Source: Nanobdellota archaeon
GTDB taxonomy: Archaea > Nanobdellota > Nanobdellia > Woesearchaeales > UBA9642
Direction of reading: 5' to 3'
DNA: 56,296 bases
Assembly: GCA_041305085.1 (NCBI GenBank)
Contig: JBFYMA010000021.1
Span: 1 to 56,296 of the forward strand
Shown here in pieces: positions 36,363 to 46,215 of the stretch (positions are counted from its first letter, which is position 1; every line of letters begins with the position of its first letter). Position numbers and translations under genes: made by a program. The notes below the pieces were generated by a model that was given only the letters and a program-made list of their open reading frames with translations, had not been told where the DNA came from and made no database searches.

Positions 36363-39300
36363 ATGAATGCCAGCCCAAGAATTCAGCAATATTTTGACAA
36401 GCTTGAGAAGGAGTGCAAGCAGGCGCAAAAGATTGCAGAGGACGCAAGAAAAAAAGGGTTTGATCCTGAGGAAAACGTAGAGATAAGCCTGGCAAAGAAT
36501 ATGGCAGAGCGGGTAATAGGAATAATATCAATAGTTTCCCCCCAGATAAAAGGGTCTGGCGCAGACAAAAGAATTCTGGAGCTTGAAAAGCAGTACGGGA
36601 TACTGGACTGGAGGGTTGCTTTTGTTATAGCAGAAGAGATTGCCAGGGAAAAATTCTGCAAGTTTCAGGACCAGAAAGAGGCCATAGAAGTGGGCATAAG
36701 GACAGGGTTTGCATATGTTACAGTTGGTGTTGTAAGCAGCCCGCTTGAAGGGTTTACAAGCATGGAGATAAAAGACAGGTTGGATAATAAGGGAAAATAT
36801 TTTTGCCTGAATTTTTCCGGCCCTATACGAAACGCAGGAGGCACAGCCGCATCGGTCTGTGTGCTGATAGCAGATTATGTAAGGAAAAAGTTTGGATTTG
36901 AAAAATATGACCCAACTGAAAAGGAGATCAAGAGATGTTTTACAGAAATAGAGGATTACCACAATTTTGTTACAAACCTGCAATACTTTCCCAGCCAGGA
37001 CGAAGTTGAATTTCTCTTGCAGCACATGCCTGTTGAAATATCAGGAGACCCAACAGAAAAATATGAAGTCAGCAACTACAAAGACCTGCCAAGAATTCCT
37101 ACAAATAAGCTCAGAAGCGGCTACTGCCTTATCCATAGTTCCTGCATCCCTTTAAAAGCACCCAAGCTTTGGAAAAACCTTGCAAAATGGGGTAAAGAGT
37201 TCAGCATGGAAGACTGGGATTTTATGGAAGATTTTCTTTCTGTCCAAAAAAAGGCAAAGGCAGAGGGAAAAAAGGGCAAAAGCGAAAAAGTTACTCCAGA
37301 CTATACCTATATCAAGGATCTTGTTGCAGGCAGGCCTGTCATTGGATACCCTTTGAGGTCTGGAGGATTAAGGCTGAGGTATGGCAGAGGCAGAGCATCT
37401 GGATATTCTGGAAACTCAATACATCCTGCAACAATGCATGTGCTGAATGATTTTTTTGCAACAGCCACCCAGCTCAAAGTTGAGAGGCCGGGAAAAGCAA
37501 CCAGCATCACTGCCTGTGACTCTCTGGACGGCCCTATAGTAAAATTGCATAATGGGGATGTGCTTCTCTTAAGTACAGAAAGACTGGCAAAAAGGCACAA
37601 AAAGGATGTTGCAGAAATACTTTATATGGGTGATATGCTTGTGAACTATGGGGACTTTTTCAACAGGGCCCACATACTCGTGCCTCCTGGATATTGCGAA
37701 GAATACTGGATCCTGGAGCTTGAAGAGGCAGCAATAAATCTTTTTGGAACGCTCGACTTTGACAAGCTGTCAGACCTGCTTGACATAAGCACAGAGGACT
37801 TGGAACTGCTTTTTACCAAGCCCATCAAGACAAACATTTCTGCAAAAGCAGCGCTTAACATTTCCAAACGAACAGGGGTTCCGCTAAACCCTAAATATTC
37901 CTATTACTGGACCAGTATCAGCAAACAGCAATTAGTATCCCTTCTTGAATGGCTTGAAAAGGCGAGTATAATAAAAGAAGACGAAAAGATCCAAAAAACA
38001 ATTCTTCCAAAGTCAGATGCAAAAAGAGTTTTGGAGCTAATAGGAATGCCTCATTTGTTCATCAATCAGGAATATATACTTATTGATTCAAACCACTCAA
38101 CTGCACTTCTCGCAAGTTTTGGTATAACTGAAAAAAAGGATGTTTACAGATCAAAGGCAATTGTTGAAAGATTGAGAAATGATAATGTTCTTGAGCTGGT
38201 AAACAGGCTTTCAGAAGTAAAGATAAAGGACAAGGCAGGAATATTTATAGGGGCCAGGATGGGGCGGCCTGAAAAAGCCAAGATGAGAAAGATGACTGGA
38301 AGCCCGCACGTGCTTTTTCCTGTTGGCCAGGAAGGAGGAGTTATGAGATCTTTTCAGTCAGCCCTTGAACAGGCTAAAGTGACATCTGATTTTCCAATAT
38401 TTTTCTGTCCGAACTGCAAAAAAGAGACAATAACAAGCGTCTGCGAGGACTGCCACAAAAAAACAGTCAGGAAAAAACATTGTGTTGAATGTGGAACAGT
38501 TGATTCCTGCCAGCATGAGGAAGACTATGAAAACCCTTACAGCAAAGTACAGTTCTACAAGCGCAGAACAATCGACATCAAGCATTATTTTGCAAAAACC
38601 ATGCAATATCTTGAACTTGATATCCACCCAGACCTGATAAAAGGAGTGAGGGGCACAAGTAGCAAGGATCACACATGCGAGAACCTTGCAAAAGGAATAC
38701 TGAGGGCAAAGCACGGCATAAATGTAAACAAGGACGGGACAACAAGGTATGACTCTAGCGAAGTGACCCTTACACATTTTAAGCCAAAAGAGATAGGGAC
38801 AAGTGTCGAGAAGCTTAAAGAGATGGGTTATGAAAGGGATATTTACGGCCAGCAGCTGGAAACAACAGAGCAGATATTGGAGCTTTTGCCCCAGGACGTT
38901 GTGCTGCCAGCTTGCTTAGAGGCACCTGACGAGCCCTGCGATGAAATACTTTTCAGGACTGCCAATTTCATAGACGATCTTCTGGAAAGATTTTATAAGC
39001 AAAAGCCATTTTACTGCCTGAAATCAAAATCAGATCTTATTGGCCAGCTCATAATAGGATTGGCACCGCACACAAGCGCAGGAATCCTTGGGAGAATTAT
39101 AGGGTTTTCAAAGAACCAAGGATATATGGCGCATCCGTTTTTTCATGCAGCAATGAGGAGGGATGTTGATGGGGATGAAAGCTGTATATTTTTGCTTATG
39201 GATGGATTTCTTAACTTTTCAAAGCACTACCTTCCAAGTAGCAGGGGATCAACGATGGACACTCCTCTTGTCCTTACATACTACCTTAACCCCGCAGAAG

Positions 39301-39920
39301 TTGATGATATGGCCTTTGACGTTGACAGGGTTTGGAGGTATCCTCTGCAGTTTTATAGGGCTTGTGAAAGCTACACAATGCCTTGGGACATAAAAATTGA
39401 AAGAATAAAGGATGTTTTGGCCACTCCTGCGCAATTTGAAGGAATGGGATTTACACATCACACATCTGATTTTAACACAGGGGTTTTCTGCAGCCAGTAC
39501 AAGCTTTTGCCAAGCATGCAGGAAAAGCTGCAGGGACAGATGGATCTTGCAGTAAAGCTAAGGTGTGTTGACCAGGCAGATGTTGCAAGGCTCGTGATAG
39601 AAAAGCATTTTATAAGGGATATAAAAGGAAATTTCAGAAAATTCTCCCAGCAGCAGTTCAGATGTGTGAAATGCAATGAAAAATTCAGGAGGCCTCCTTT
39701 GCAGGGAAACTGCATAAAATGCGGAGGGAATATAATATTTACCATAAGCGAAGGATCTATCCTCAAATACTTGGAGCCGAGCCTGAACATTGCAAATGCA
39801 TTTAACATCCCAATATACCTCAAACAAAGCCTTGAGCTTCTAAAAAGGCAGATCGAGAGCTATTTTGGCAAAGATGCTGAGCGCCAGGAAGGATTGGGGA
39901 AATGGTTTGAGGAAGGATGA
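36363..39920 (+). CDS. polC: DNA polymerase D large subunit (DP2)
   Basis: 1185-aa protein with the conserved blocks GPIRNAGGTAA, GRPEKAKMR and HPFFHAAMRRDVDGDE and Cys-cluster zinc fingers. No intein-sized insertion is present. Confidence 0.95.
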   Translation: MNASPRIQQYFDKLEKECKQAQKIAEDARKKGFDPEENVEISLAKNMAERVIGIISIVSPQIKGSGADKRILELEKQYGILDWRVAFVIAEEIAREKFCKFQDQKEAIEVGIRTGFAYVTVGVVSSPLEGFTSMEIKDRLDNKGKYFCLNFSGPIRNAGGTAASVCVLIADYVRKKFGFEKYDPTEKEIKRCFTEIEDYHNFVTNLQYFPSQDEVEFLLQHMPVEISGDPTEKYEVSNYKDLPRIPTNKLRSGYCLIHSSCIPLKAPKLWKNLAKWGKEFSMEDWDFMEDFLSVQKKAKAEGKKGKSEKVTPDYTYIKDLVAGRPVIGYPLRSGGLRLRYGRGRASGYSGNSIHPATMHVLNDFFATATQLKVERPGKATSITACDSLDGPIVKLHNGDVLLLSTERLAKRHKKDVAEILYMGDMLVNYGDFFNRAHILVPPGYCEEYWILELEEAAINLFGTLDFDKLSDLLDISTEDLELLFTKPIKTNISAKAALNISKRTGVPLNPKYSYYWTSISKQQLVSLLEWLEKASIIKEDEKIQKTILPKSDAKRVLELIGMPHLFINQEYILIDSNHSTALLASFGITEKKDVYRSKAIVERLRNDNVLELVNRLSEVKIKDKAGIFIGARMGRPEKAKMRKMTGSPHVLFPVGQEGGVMRSFQSALEQAKVTSDFPIFFCPNCKKETITSVCEDCHKKTVRKKHCVECGTVDSCQHEEDYENPYSKVQFYKRRTIDIKHYFAKTMQYLELDIHPDLIKGVRGTSSKDHTCENLAKGILRAKHGINVNKDGTTRYDSSEVTLTHFKPKEIGTSVEKLKEMGYERDIYGQQLETTEQILELLPQDVVLPACLEAPDEPCDEILFRTANFIDDLLERFYKQKPFYCLKSKSDLIGQLIIGLAPHTSAGILGRIIGFSKNQGYMAHPFFHAAMRRDVDGDESCIFLLMDGFLNFSKHYLPSSRGSTMDTPLVLTYYLNPAEVDDMAFDVDRVWRYPLQFYRACESYTMPWDIKIERIKDVLATPAQFEGMGFTHHTSDFNTGVFCSQYKLLPSMQEKLQGQMDLAVKLRCVDQADVARLVIEKHFIRDIKGNFRKFSQQQFRCVKCNEKFRRPPLQGNCIKCGGNIIFTISEGSILKYLEPSLNIANAFNIPIYLKQSLELLKRQIESYFGKDAERQEGLGKWFEEG

Positions 39921-39935
39921 CTAGAGGGGTTTTCT

Positions 39936-40814
39936 TCAGAATATTATTGGAGTAACAAAGACTTCCAGCAATGCAGCAACAACGAGCAAAATAAGGCTGG
40001 TAATAAGAAGGTCTGCAGAATCCAATACTACATGTTCAAATTTTCTGCTTCCAAAATCGTGCCTTATGACTGCTATTGATATTATTCCGCCTGCAAGCCC
40101 AGCAGTGAAATATGCTAGTATTTCAGGAATGCCGTGTATCGCATATCTGAACAGCCCAGTAAGGAATGTTTCAAAATATTTTGAGGCTGCGCTGGCTCCG
40201 ATGAGTGTAGCTGCTTCTGCAAGCCCGCTTCTTAAAATGTTGCCTATAGCAGTCCCGATAATGCTTGCATTCCACATGAGAATAAATATTGCTCCTGTTC
40301 CATAGACAAAAGAAAAAAGTATGCAGAACACCAAAACCTTTAGGTTGTTGAGGAAAATGTTTGTCAGTGCGCCAAATGCGCCGCTTGCATAGCCAGTAAC
40401 CATGCCCACTATGTGGCTTTTTACAGAATTAGGGTTTATTGTGTTTAATGTGGATATTTGGGATTCAAATAAAGAGCTTATGGTTGAGGGAGGAAGTATT
40501 GTGTACCAGAGCGCAAGGCCAAAAGTGACTCCTATAAACAAATACATAAAAGTTGCCAAAGCCTTTGCGTGCTCTTTAAGCAATACTTTCTCTTCAAGGT
40601 CTGTGAGATCCTTTTCTTCCTCCCTCTTTATAACAGAATATGCAAGAGGAATGCAGCCCAGGGTTACAAGAAAAACCATTATAAGGCTTGCATATGTCCG
40701 AAAAATCCATAACCCTAAAAAGCTCCCGACACTGGCGAGTATGAAACCATAAAATATAAGTTTCCAAGCCTTGTTTTCAGGCCTTAACGTGTCTATAAAA
40801 CCTTCAAGCACCAT
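39936..40814 (-). CDS. SpoIIM-like (DUF95) membrane protein
   Basis: Multi-TM protein with the signature AIHGIPEILAYFTAGLAGG. Confidence 0.75.
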   Translation of the reverse strand: MVLEGFIDTLRPENKAWKLIFYGFILASVGSFLGLWIFRTYASLIMVFLVTLGCIPLAYSVIKREEEKDLTDLEEKVLLKEHAKALATFMYLFIGVTFGLALWYTILPPSTISSLFESQISTLNTINPNSVKSHIVGMVTGYASGAFGALTNIFLNNLKVLVFCILFSFVYGTGAIFILMWNASIIGTAIGNILRSGLAEAATLIGASAASKYFETFLTGLFRYAIHGIPEILAYFTAGLAGGIISIAVIRHDFGSRKFEHVVLDSADLLITSLILLVVAALLEVFVTPIIF

Positions 40815-40902
40815 TGCTTAAACATTAAAAATTTGGTTTAAATAGTTTTCGATGAGAAAAACAACAGGCACATTTAAATAGTATTCATTTTTCCTTTAAT
40901 AT

Positions 40903-41316
40903 ATGAATCTTGACTATGAAAAGCTTTTGGACAGGGCAAAGGAAAAGCTTCCAGAAGTCGAGGAATCCTCAGAAAGATTTGAGATTCCCAATGTTGTTGG
41001 CCACCTGGAGGGAAGCAAAGTTGTTATCAGCAACTTTTTGCAGATAGCCCAGGCACTCCAGAGAGACCCCAAACATCTATTGAAATATGTTCTGAGAGCT
41101 CTGGCAACTCCTGGAGAGATAAAGAAAAACTTTTTGATAATGGGCTCAAAGGTTTCCAGCAAGGCAATAAACGAAAAAATTGAAGCTTATGCAAATGAAT
41201 ATGTTTTTTGCAGGGAGTGCGGCAAGCCTGACACAAAGCTTGTTAAAGAAGGAGAATTCCTTTTTCTGAAGTGCCAGGCCTGCGGTGCAAAGTACAGCGT
41301 AAGGTCAAAAATTTAG
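40903..41316 (+). CDS. eif2b: Translation initiation factor aIF2 beta subunit
   Basis: LLDRAKEKLPE..ERFEIP N-terminus and the C-terminal zinc ribbon CRECGKPDT.L...G....LKCQACGA. Confidence 0.92.
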   Translation: MNLDYEKLLDRAKEKLPEVEESSERFEIPNVVGHLEGSKVVISNFLQIAQALQRDPKHLLKYVLRALATPGEIKKNFLIMGSKVSSKAINEKIEAYANEYVFCRECGKPDTKLVKEGEFLFLKCQACGAKYSVRSKI

Positions 41317-41351
41317 AAAGATTTTTTAAGAAAAGCGCATATTATTTTTTT

Positions 41352-41621
41352 GTGAAAACGCTCAACATAACTGTTTTTGGACGAGTACAGGGAGTCAGCT
41401 ACAGGCATTTCTGCAGAAAAACTGCGCAGCAACTAGGAATAGCAGGCAGCGCAAGGAACAGCAATAATGGAACAGTAAGAATAGTTGTCCAGGGAAACCA
41501 AAAAGCGCTTGAACATTTTATCGTGTGTCTCAGAAAAGGTACAGAGCATTCTAGAGTCGAAGATTTGGAAATAACTGAAACAAAACTTGAAAGACTGGAG
41601 TGCTTTGAAATAGAGCATTAA
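41352..41621 (+). CDS. acyP: Acylphosphatase
   Basis: VFGRVQGVSYRHF...A..LGI.G.ARN..NGTV.IVVQG signature. I chose the GTG 41352 start to avoid overlapping the eif2b gene. Confidence 0.85.
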   Translation: MKTLNITVFGRVQGVSYRHFCRKTAQQLGIAGSARNSNNGTVRIVVQGNQKALEHFIVCLRKGTEHSRVEDLEITETKLERLECFEIEH

Positions 41622-41624
41622 CAC

Positions 41625-41840
41625 TTATTCTTTTTTCAGTACACTCCTGGATACATTAACAAAGCTTTTCATACTTTCGTAGAGTTCGTCAAACATCTGC
41701 TGCTCCTGTGGATCAAGCTGGTAGACAGCAACATCGTTGTCAATCTTGTCAAAGATGGTAGTCATTTTGTTGGCATGCATGATCACTTCATAAAGATGCC
41801 TTTTTAAATCCTGTATTCCCTTCTCTACCATAAAAAACAC
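41625..41840 (-). CDS. Hypothetical small helical protein
   Basis: 71-aa ORF with coding-like composition; I recognised no family. Confidence 0.4.
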   Translation of the reverse strand: MFFMVEKGIQDLKRHLYEVIMHANKMTTIFDKIDNDVAVYQLDPQEQQMFDELYESMKSFVNVSRSVLKKE

Positions 41841-41932
41841 CTCAAATATTTGATAAGCTATAAAAAAAATAGTTATTTAAAAAATTTGCGGAATATAGGT
41901 ATTGGTGGCTGGAGAATATGCAAAAAAAATTT

Positions 41933-42131
41933 ATTGAAAATTGAGAATTAAAGTGCTGGGTATTCACCCCTGTGCAATTTTCAATTCTAAGAGATGCCTG
42001 AGCATTTCTTGAACCGAAAATTTTCGATTTCCTTGTTCCAAAAATGCGCATTCCATAAGCAAATGAGCAATAATTCCTCCTTTAGGCAGGGACATGGTAA
42101 GCATATGATTACTCAGGCGAATTTTTGTTAT
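41933..42131 (-). repeat. Dispersed structured repeat, copy E (3' module loop inverted relative to 5' part)
   Basis: On the minus strand it starts ATAACAAAAATTCGCCTGAGTAATC. The module at 41933-41985 reads ATTGAAAATTGAGAATTAAAGTGCTGGGTATTCACCCCTGTGCAATTTTCAAT on the plus strand. Confidence 0.7.
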
Positions 42132-42143
42132 TTAAGCCATTTG

Positions 42144-42722
42144 TCACTGCACCATGCCAAATTTTTTGTTTTTAGCAGTCCTTTTTACAAAATTGTTAAG
42201 GCTTTTTTTAAATGCTTCGTGGTTGTGTCTTCTCTGACTCTCAATATATCCAATTCTGACCCGTTTATAGCTCTCAGGAAAAGCAATAAAATTTTTCCAT
42301 ACCTCAGAGTTTTCCTTTAGTGCAGCCAGTATGTCTTTGGCAATCACAAACTTTTCTTTCTTTTTTTTGTCAAAAAATCTTGACACTGCCTTTAACCCAT
42401 AGGAAGTCATTCTTTTTTGCTTTATCATAATTCTGATTCGTTCCTTGTTCATTTCAGAGACAGGGCTTTTTGGATTTCTTGGAGTAAATCTTTGGGCAAA
42501 CATCTTATCATCTATTTTCTTGGCAGTGCTGTCTATCCAGCCATAGCACAAAGCCTCTTCAACAGCATCGTTGTAAGCAATTCTTGGCTTTTTGGATGCT
42601 TTGTTGTAGTAAACAAGCCAGATTTCTCTTTTCTTTTTGTGGTTTTTGGCAAGCCACTTCCTCCAGGCATTTCTTTCTTTGACATAGAGTTTTTTCCCTA
42701 TTTTCATGTTTATAAGAATCAA
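42144..42722 (-). CDS. YdeI/OmpD-associated (OmdA) family protein
   Basis: WRKWLAKNH....EIWLVYYNK.......Y.DAVEEALCYGWIDS N-domain and a C-terminal AFPESYKR.RIGYI. Confidence 0.8.
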   Translation of the reverse strand: MILINMKIGKKLYVKERNAWRKWLAKNHKKKREIWLVYYNKASKKPRIAYNDAVEEALCYGWIDSTAKKIDDKMFAQRFTPRNPKSPVSEMNKERIRIMIKQKRMTSYGLKAVSRFFDKKKKEKFVIAKDILAALKENSEVWKNFIAFPESYKRVRIGYIESQRRHNHEAFKKSLNNFVKRTAKNKKFGMVQ

Positions 42723-42816
42723 ATAAATAATTTAAATGGTTTGTGGTGATTTGTCCAATGAGACTTTGTTACATGCAACCCTATTATTTATAAAAAGAAG
42801 AACCTTTCTGCAGGTC

Positions 42817-43545
42817 ATGGTTTTGGAGAGAATTGATCCTTACTATGATTTATCTGTTGCAAAGTTGTGCAGGTTTGCACACATAAAAAGATATGAAATG
42901 GCATTAAATTATATTAAAGATACAGACAGTGTGTTGGATGCAGGATGTGGTTTCGGGTATGGAACTGAACTTCTCTCGAGGAAAGCAAAGAGAGTTGTCG
43001 GGATGGACGAATCTGCAGAAGCCATATCTGTTGCTTCTAAAAGGCACGACAGAAAAAATATTGAATATGTTGTGGGGGATTTATTGACTGTCGACTTATC
43101 TGAACTGGGCATTTTTAATTCAATAACTTGTTTTGAAGTGGTAGAACACGTCAGGCATCCTGAAAGAATTATAGAAAACTTGCGAAAAAATATTTATCCA
43201 GAAGGATTTTTGATGCTGTCTACTCCAAATGGAAACATGCCATATATCAACAATCCACACCATGTAAAGGAATATACAGAAACAGAGGTAATGCTTATGC
43301 TTGAGAAAGCAGGATTCAGGACGGAATATGTTTTTGGCCAGTATCCTTTGTTTGGAAGCATGGCTTCTTTTGCAAACAAGATCAAAGGAAAAAGTGCGCC
43401 TGATGGCGGAATCAGAAGATCCGGAGGGCTCGTGAGTGCTATTCCTTTGGTTCCAGGAATATTTTCAAATTTGTACTCTGGAAAAATTGCAAGAAAAACC
43501 TCGAGGCAATTGTTTTACGTTGCTAGGCCAGCAAATAATATATAA
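42817..43545 (+). CDS. Class I SAM-dependent methyltransferase
   Basis: VLDAGCGFGYGTELL motif I and F.VVEH. I set the start at MVLERID (ATG 42817), with a TTTATAAAAA box about 25 nt upstream. Confidence 0.85.
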   Translation: MVLERIDPYYDLSVAKLCRFAHIKRYEMALNYIKDTDSVLDAGCGFGYGTELLSRKAKRVVGMDESAEAISVASKRHDRKNIEYVVGDLLTVDLSELGIFNSITCFEVVEHVRHPERIIENLRKNIYPEGFLMLSTPNGNMPYINNPHHVKEYTETEVMLMLEKAGFRTEYVFGQYPLFGSMASFANKIKGKSAPDGGIRRSGGLVSAIPLVPGIFSNLYSGKIARKTSRQLFYVARPANNI

Positions 43546-43767
43546 AATTTATAAACAATCTTTCTTTCCTTTTCTTTATGATGGTCGTTAAAGGAGATTG
43601 GGACAATCCACAGGATGAATGGAACGCAAAAACAGAAGCATTTAAAAAGGGAGCACTATTTCTTGGTGTAATAATCAGGACATTATCACTCTTGTCTTGT
43701 AAGCTGGGTCTTTATGATTCAAGTTTGACTATTTCTGATTAACACTAAAAAAACGGAGCGTTGAAAA

Positions 43768-43989
43768 ATGAAACAAAACTTTAGAAATTCCGAAAGAGGA
43801 TTCAGGCCTAGAAATTTTGATGGTCGAAGCCAAGGAGGCAATAGGAGCCAGGGAGGCCCTCCAAGAGAGATGCACAAGGCAATCTGTGCAGAATGCAAAA
43901 AAGAATGCGAAGTTCCATTCAAGCCCAGAGAGGACAGGCCAGTTTACTGCAGGGAGTGCTACTCCAAACACAAGCCTCAAAGGTTTTGA
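43768..43989 (+). CDS. CxxC-x17-CxxC zinc-ribbon protein with R/G-rich N-terminus
   Basis: CAECKKECEVPFKPREDRPVYCRECY, counted as CxxC-x17-CxxC. Confidence 0.75.
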   Translation: MKQNFRNSERGFRPRNFDGRSQGGNRSQGGPPREMHKAICAECKKECEVPFKPREDRPVYCRECYSKHKPQRF

Positions 43990-44003
43990 GCTGAGATTTG
44001 CTG

Positions 44004-44165
44004 ATGATTTGTAAAAATTGCAATGGCAGGCGCATAAAAAGCCGAAGAAATTATTCTCATGGCAAAAAATCGAAGCCAGTAACAAGTTTAATCTGCAAAG
44101 ACTGCGGCTCATCAGATATAGATGCTGCTTCAAACAGCAAAAAAAGGAGGAATTTCAGGCATTGA
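44004..44165 (+). CDS. Small basic zinc-ribbon protein (53 aa), absent from the ORF track
   Basis: Hand translation gives MICKNCNGRRIKSRRNYSHGKKSKPVTSLICKDCGSSDIDAASNSKKRRNFRH (CxxC-x24-CxxC). Confidence 0.5.
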   Translation: MICKNCNGRRIKSRRNYSHGKKSKPVTSLICKDCGSSDIDAASNSKKRRNFRH

Positions 44166-44169
44166 ACAA

Positions 44170-44301
44170 ATGGCAGACTACAAAACAATAAAATATTGTG
44201 CCCTTTGCAAAAAGAACAAGTTTGTAGTTGACAAAAATGATCCAAGAAAAAGGTACTGTGATGAGTGCCAGAAAATGATTGACAGGGCGCGAAATGATTG
44301 A
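44170..44301 (+). CDS. Small zinc-ribbon protein (43 aa), absent from the ORF track
   Basis: Hand translation gives MADYKTIKYCALCKKNKFVVDKNDPRKRYCDECQKMIDRARND (CxxC-x16-CxxC). It starts 5 nt after the previous stop. Confidence 0.5.
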   Translation: MADYKTIKYCALCKKNKFVVDKNDPRKRYCDECQKMIDRARND

Positions 44302-44315
44302 ACGGAGGAAATAAA

Positions 44316-44528
44316 ATGAAAGGAACTGTAAAATTTTTTAACAGCATGAAAGGATTCGGATTTATATCCGGAGAAGATGGCAAAGAGTACTTTGTCCACC
44401 AGACAGGGCTGAAGGAAGGAGTTGCTTTGCAGGATAATGATGCTGTAGAGTTTGATGTAGAGCAGGGAGACAGAGGACCAAAGGCCGTAAATGTAGGCAA
44501 GGAAACAGTAGATACAACTGAGGAATAA
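44316..44528 (+). CDS. csp: Cold-shock domain protein (Csp)
   Basis: MKGTVKFFNSMKGFGFI (RNP1) and YFVHQT (RNP2-like). GGAGG lies 8 nt upstream of ATG 44316. Confidence 0.9.
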   Translation: MKGTVKFFNSMKGFGFISGEDGKEYFVHQTGLKEGVALQDNDAVEFDVEQGDRGPKAVNVGKETVDTTEE

Positions 44529-44594
44529 AATCTGTCAAATGCTTTTTTTGCTATATTTTTTTTATTGACTCAAAGTAGAATATGCCCTTTTTTG

Positions 44595-44745
44595 CGATTT
44601 TCAAAAATTTTTGTTATTGAAAATTTTGACTAAACAGAGAAATTTCTATGAGTTGAATACCTAGACATTTAGGCCTAGCAAAAATAATCGCCAAAGAAAT
44701 AGATAAGAACCTTCCGCTTACTGAGAGTGATTACTAAGTTTTTAA
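44595..44745 (-). repeat. Dispersed structured repeat, copy F, with a second 5'-boundary motif abutting its 3' end
   Basis: The minus strand reads ..CTAGGTATTCAACTCATAGAAATTTCTCTGTTTAGTCAAAATTTTCAAT, directly followed by AACAAAAAT (44607-44617). Its 3' half matches copy C. Confidence 0.65.
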
Positions 44746-44796
44746 AAGTACAAAAGCAAATAAGTTTATAAAAGCAGCAAAATTCAACAACTTTCT

Positions 44797-45450
44797 ATGC
44801 TAAAAGCAGTCATATTTGATATGGATGGGGTGTTGATTAACTCCACAGAATACACTTGGCAGTCTTTCAATACTGTGCTAAAGCAGTTTGGAGCAAAGTT
44901 TTCTAGCAGTGATATAAAAAAATATTTAGGTGTTTCACTGCAGGATAAATGGCAAATATGGAAAAAGAAATATGGCATTACTGGATATGATGTGGACAGC
45001 TTTTCCAGAAAAGCAACTGAGATTGAATTTAAGCTTATGAAGAAAGAGTTAAGGCCAAGTGGTGTTTTAAATAATTTTTTGCAGAGTTTGAAAGAGAAAG
45101 GGTTAAAGCTTGCAGTGGCAACCTCAAGCAACAGGGAAAGGGTTGAGAAAATTCTTGAGATGCTTGAAATAAAAGGTTTTTTTGAAGCACTGGTTACTGC
45201 AGAAGATGTAAAAAAAAGCAAGCCAAACCCTGAAATATTTCTAAAAGCCGCAGCAAAATTAAAAACTTCTCCGGAAAACTGTGTTGTTTTTGAGGATGCT
45301 GTGAATGGAATAGAAGCAGCCCGAAAAGCAGGAATGAAAGTTGTTGCTTTACAGACAGAGTTTCACTCCAAAGAAGAGCTGAAATATGCTGAAAAAATAA
45401 TAAGAAATTTTTCGGAAATTGATGCTGAAACCCTTGAGAAGATGGTTTGA
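44797..45450 (+). CDS. HAD-superfamily hydrolase (beta-phosphoglucomutase-like)
   Basis: IFDMDGVLINS (DxDG motif I), VATSS (motif II), and K..PNPEIFL..A....FEDAVNGI.AA..AGM (motifs III/IV). Confidence 0.88.
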   Translation: MLKAVIFDMDGVLINSTEYTWQSFNTVLKQFGAKFSSSDIKKYLGVSLQDKWQIWKKKYGITGYDVDSFSRKATEIEFKLMKKELRPSGVLNNFLQSLKEKGLKLAVATSSNRERVEKILEMLEIKGFFEALVTAEDVKKSKPNPEIFLKAAAKLKTSPENCVVFEDAVNGIEAARKAGMKVVALQTEFHSKEELKYAEKIIRNFSEIDAETLEKMV

Positions 45451-45602
45451 TTCGGGCTAATAACTTATAGATAATAATTGTTGTATGGGATTCAATAAGA
45501 TACTTTTTTTCAATTTTCTTAAAGCCCGCCACAATCCATGTAGCAGCATTTGTTGTTTATAGAGTGCTGCGTTGCCCTAATCATATTTAAATGCTTTTGA
45601 AG

Positions 45603-46058
45603 TTAAGGCTTTGGTTTATAAAGCTTCCATTTCTCTACGTATTTAACTATTTCTTCAAGAATTTTATCAAAATTGTTTATTGTCACAGTTTCTTCTGAGC
45701 CATATGCTCCATATTTTACACAGACTTTATCTTTCTGGACATCAACGTCCACCTGAAGAATGGCGGGAGGAATGCTTGCAGTTTTATCAGGAACCCAAAC
45801 CAGCACTGAATGAATCGCGCCATCTTTTGGATTTTGGGACTGAACTTTGATTTCTCCAAGATTTTTTGATGGAACTTCTTTTTTTAGTGCTGGTTCATAT
45901 ATTAGGTTATAAACCTTATTTCTTTTTGCAGCATCAATTAATGCCTTAAATAACCTTGCACCCAATTCATTCTGTTTTTGCTTATTTGCAGTTATAGAAG
46001 AAAGCTTAGCAGCTTCTTCTTGCTTTTTTTTCTTTGAGCCCCAGTTGAACAACCCCAT
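45603..46058 (-). CDS. Hypothetical protein
   Basis: 151-aa ORF; I recognised no motif. Confidence 0.45.
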   Translation of the reverse strand: MGLFNWGSKKKKQEEAAKLSSITANKQKQNELGARLFKALIDAAKRNKVYNLIYEPALKKEVPSKNLGEIKVQSQNPKDGAIHSVLVWVPDKTASIPPAILQVDVDVQKDKVCVKYGAYGSEETVTINNFDKILEEIVKYVEKWKLYKPKP

Positions 46059-46215
46059 AAGTATCGCCTGTTAACATTTTTGGTGTGTTTTTAGATTAAG
46101 CAATATAAAAAACTTGCGTTTTGTGCCCTTGAATAGTGAGAAAAAATTAATTTATTGAAAACTGTGTTATAACAAAAAAGAATTATTTATAAACAAGAAT
46201 TTTTTTCTGTCAACC

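Noticed and set aside
43578-43742. A 54-aa ORF (MMVVKGDWDNPQDEWNAKTEAFKKGALFLGVIIRTLSLLSCKLGLYDSSLTISD) in the gap before the zinc-ribbon cluster.
   Set aside because: I recognised no motif and no obvious RBS or TATA spacing. There is one weak hydrophobic stretch only, which is not enough to call a gene.
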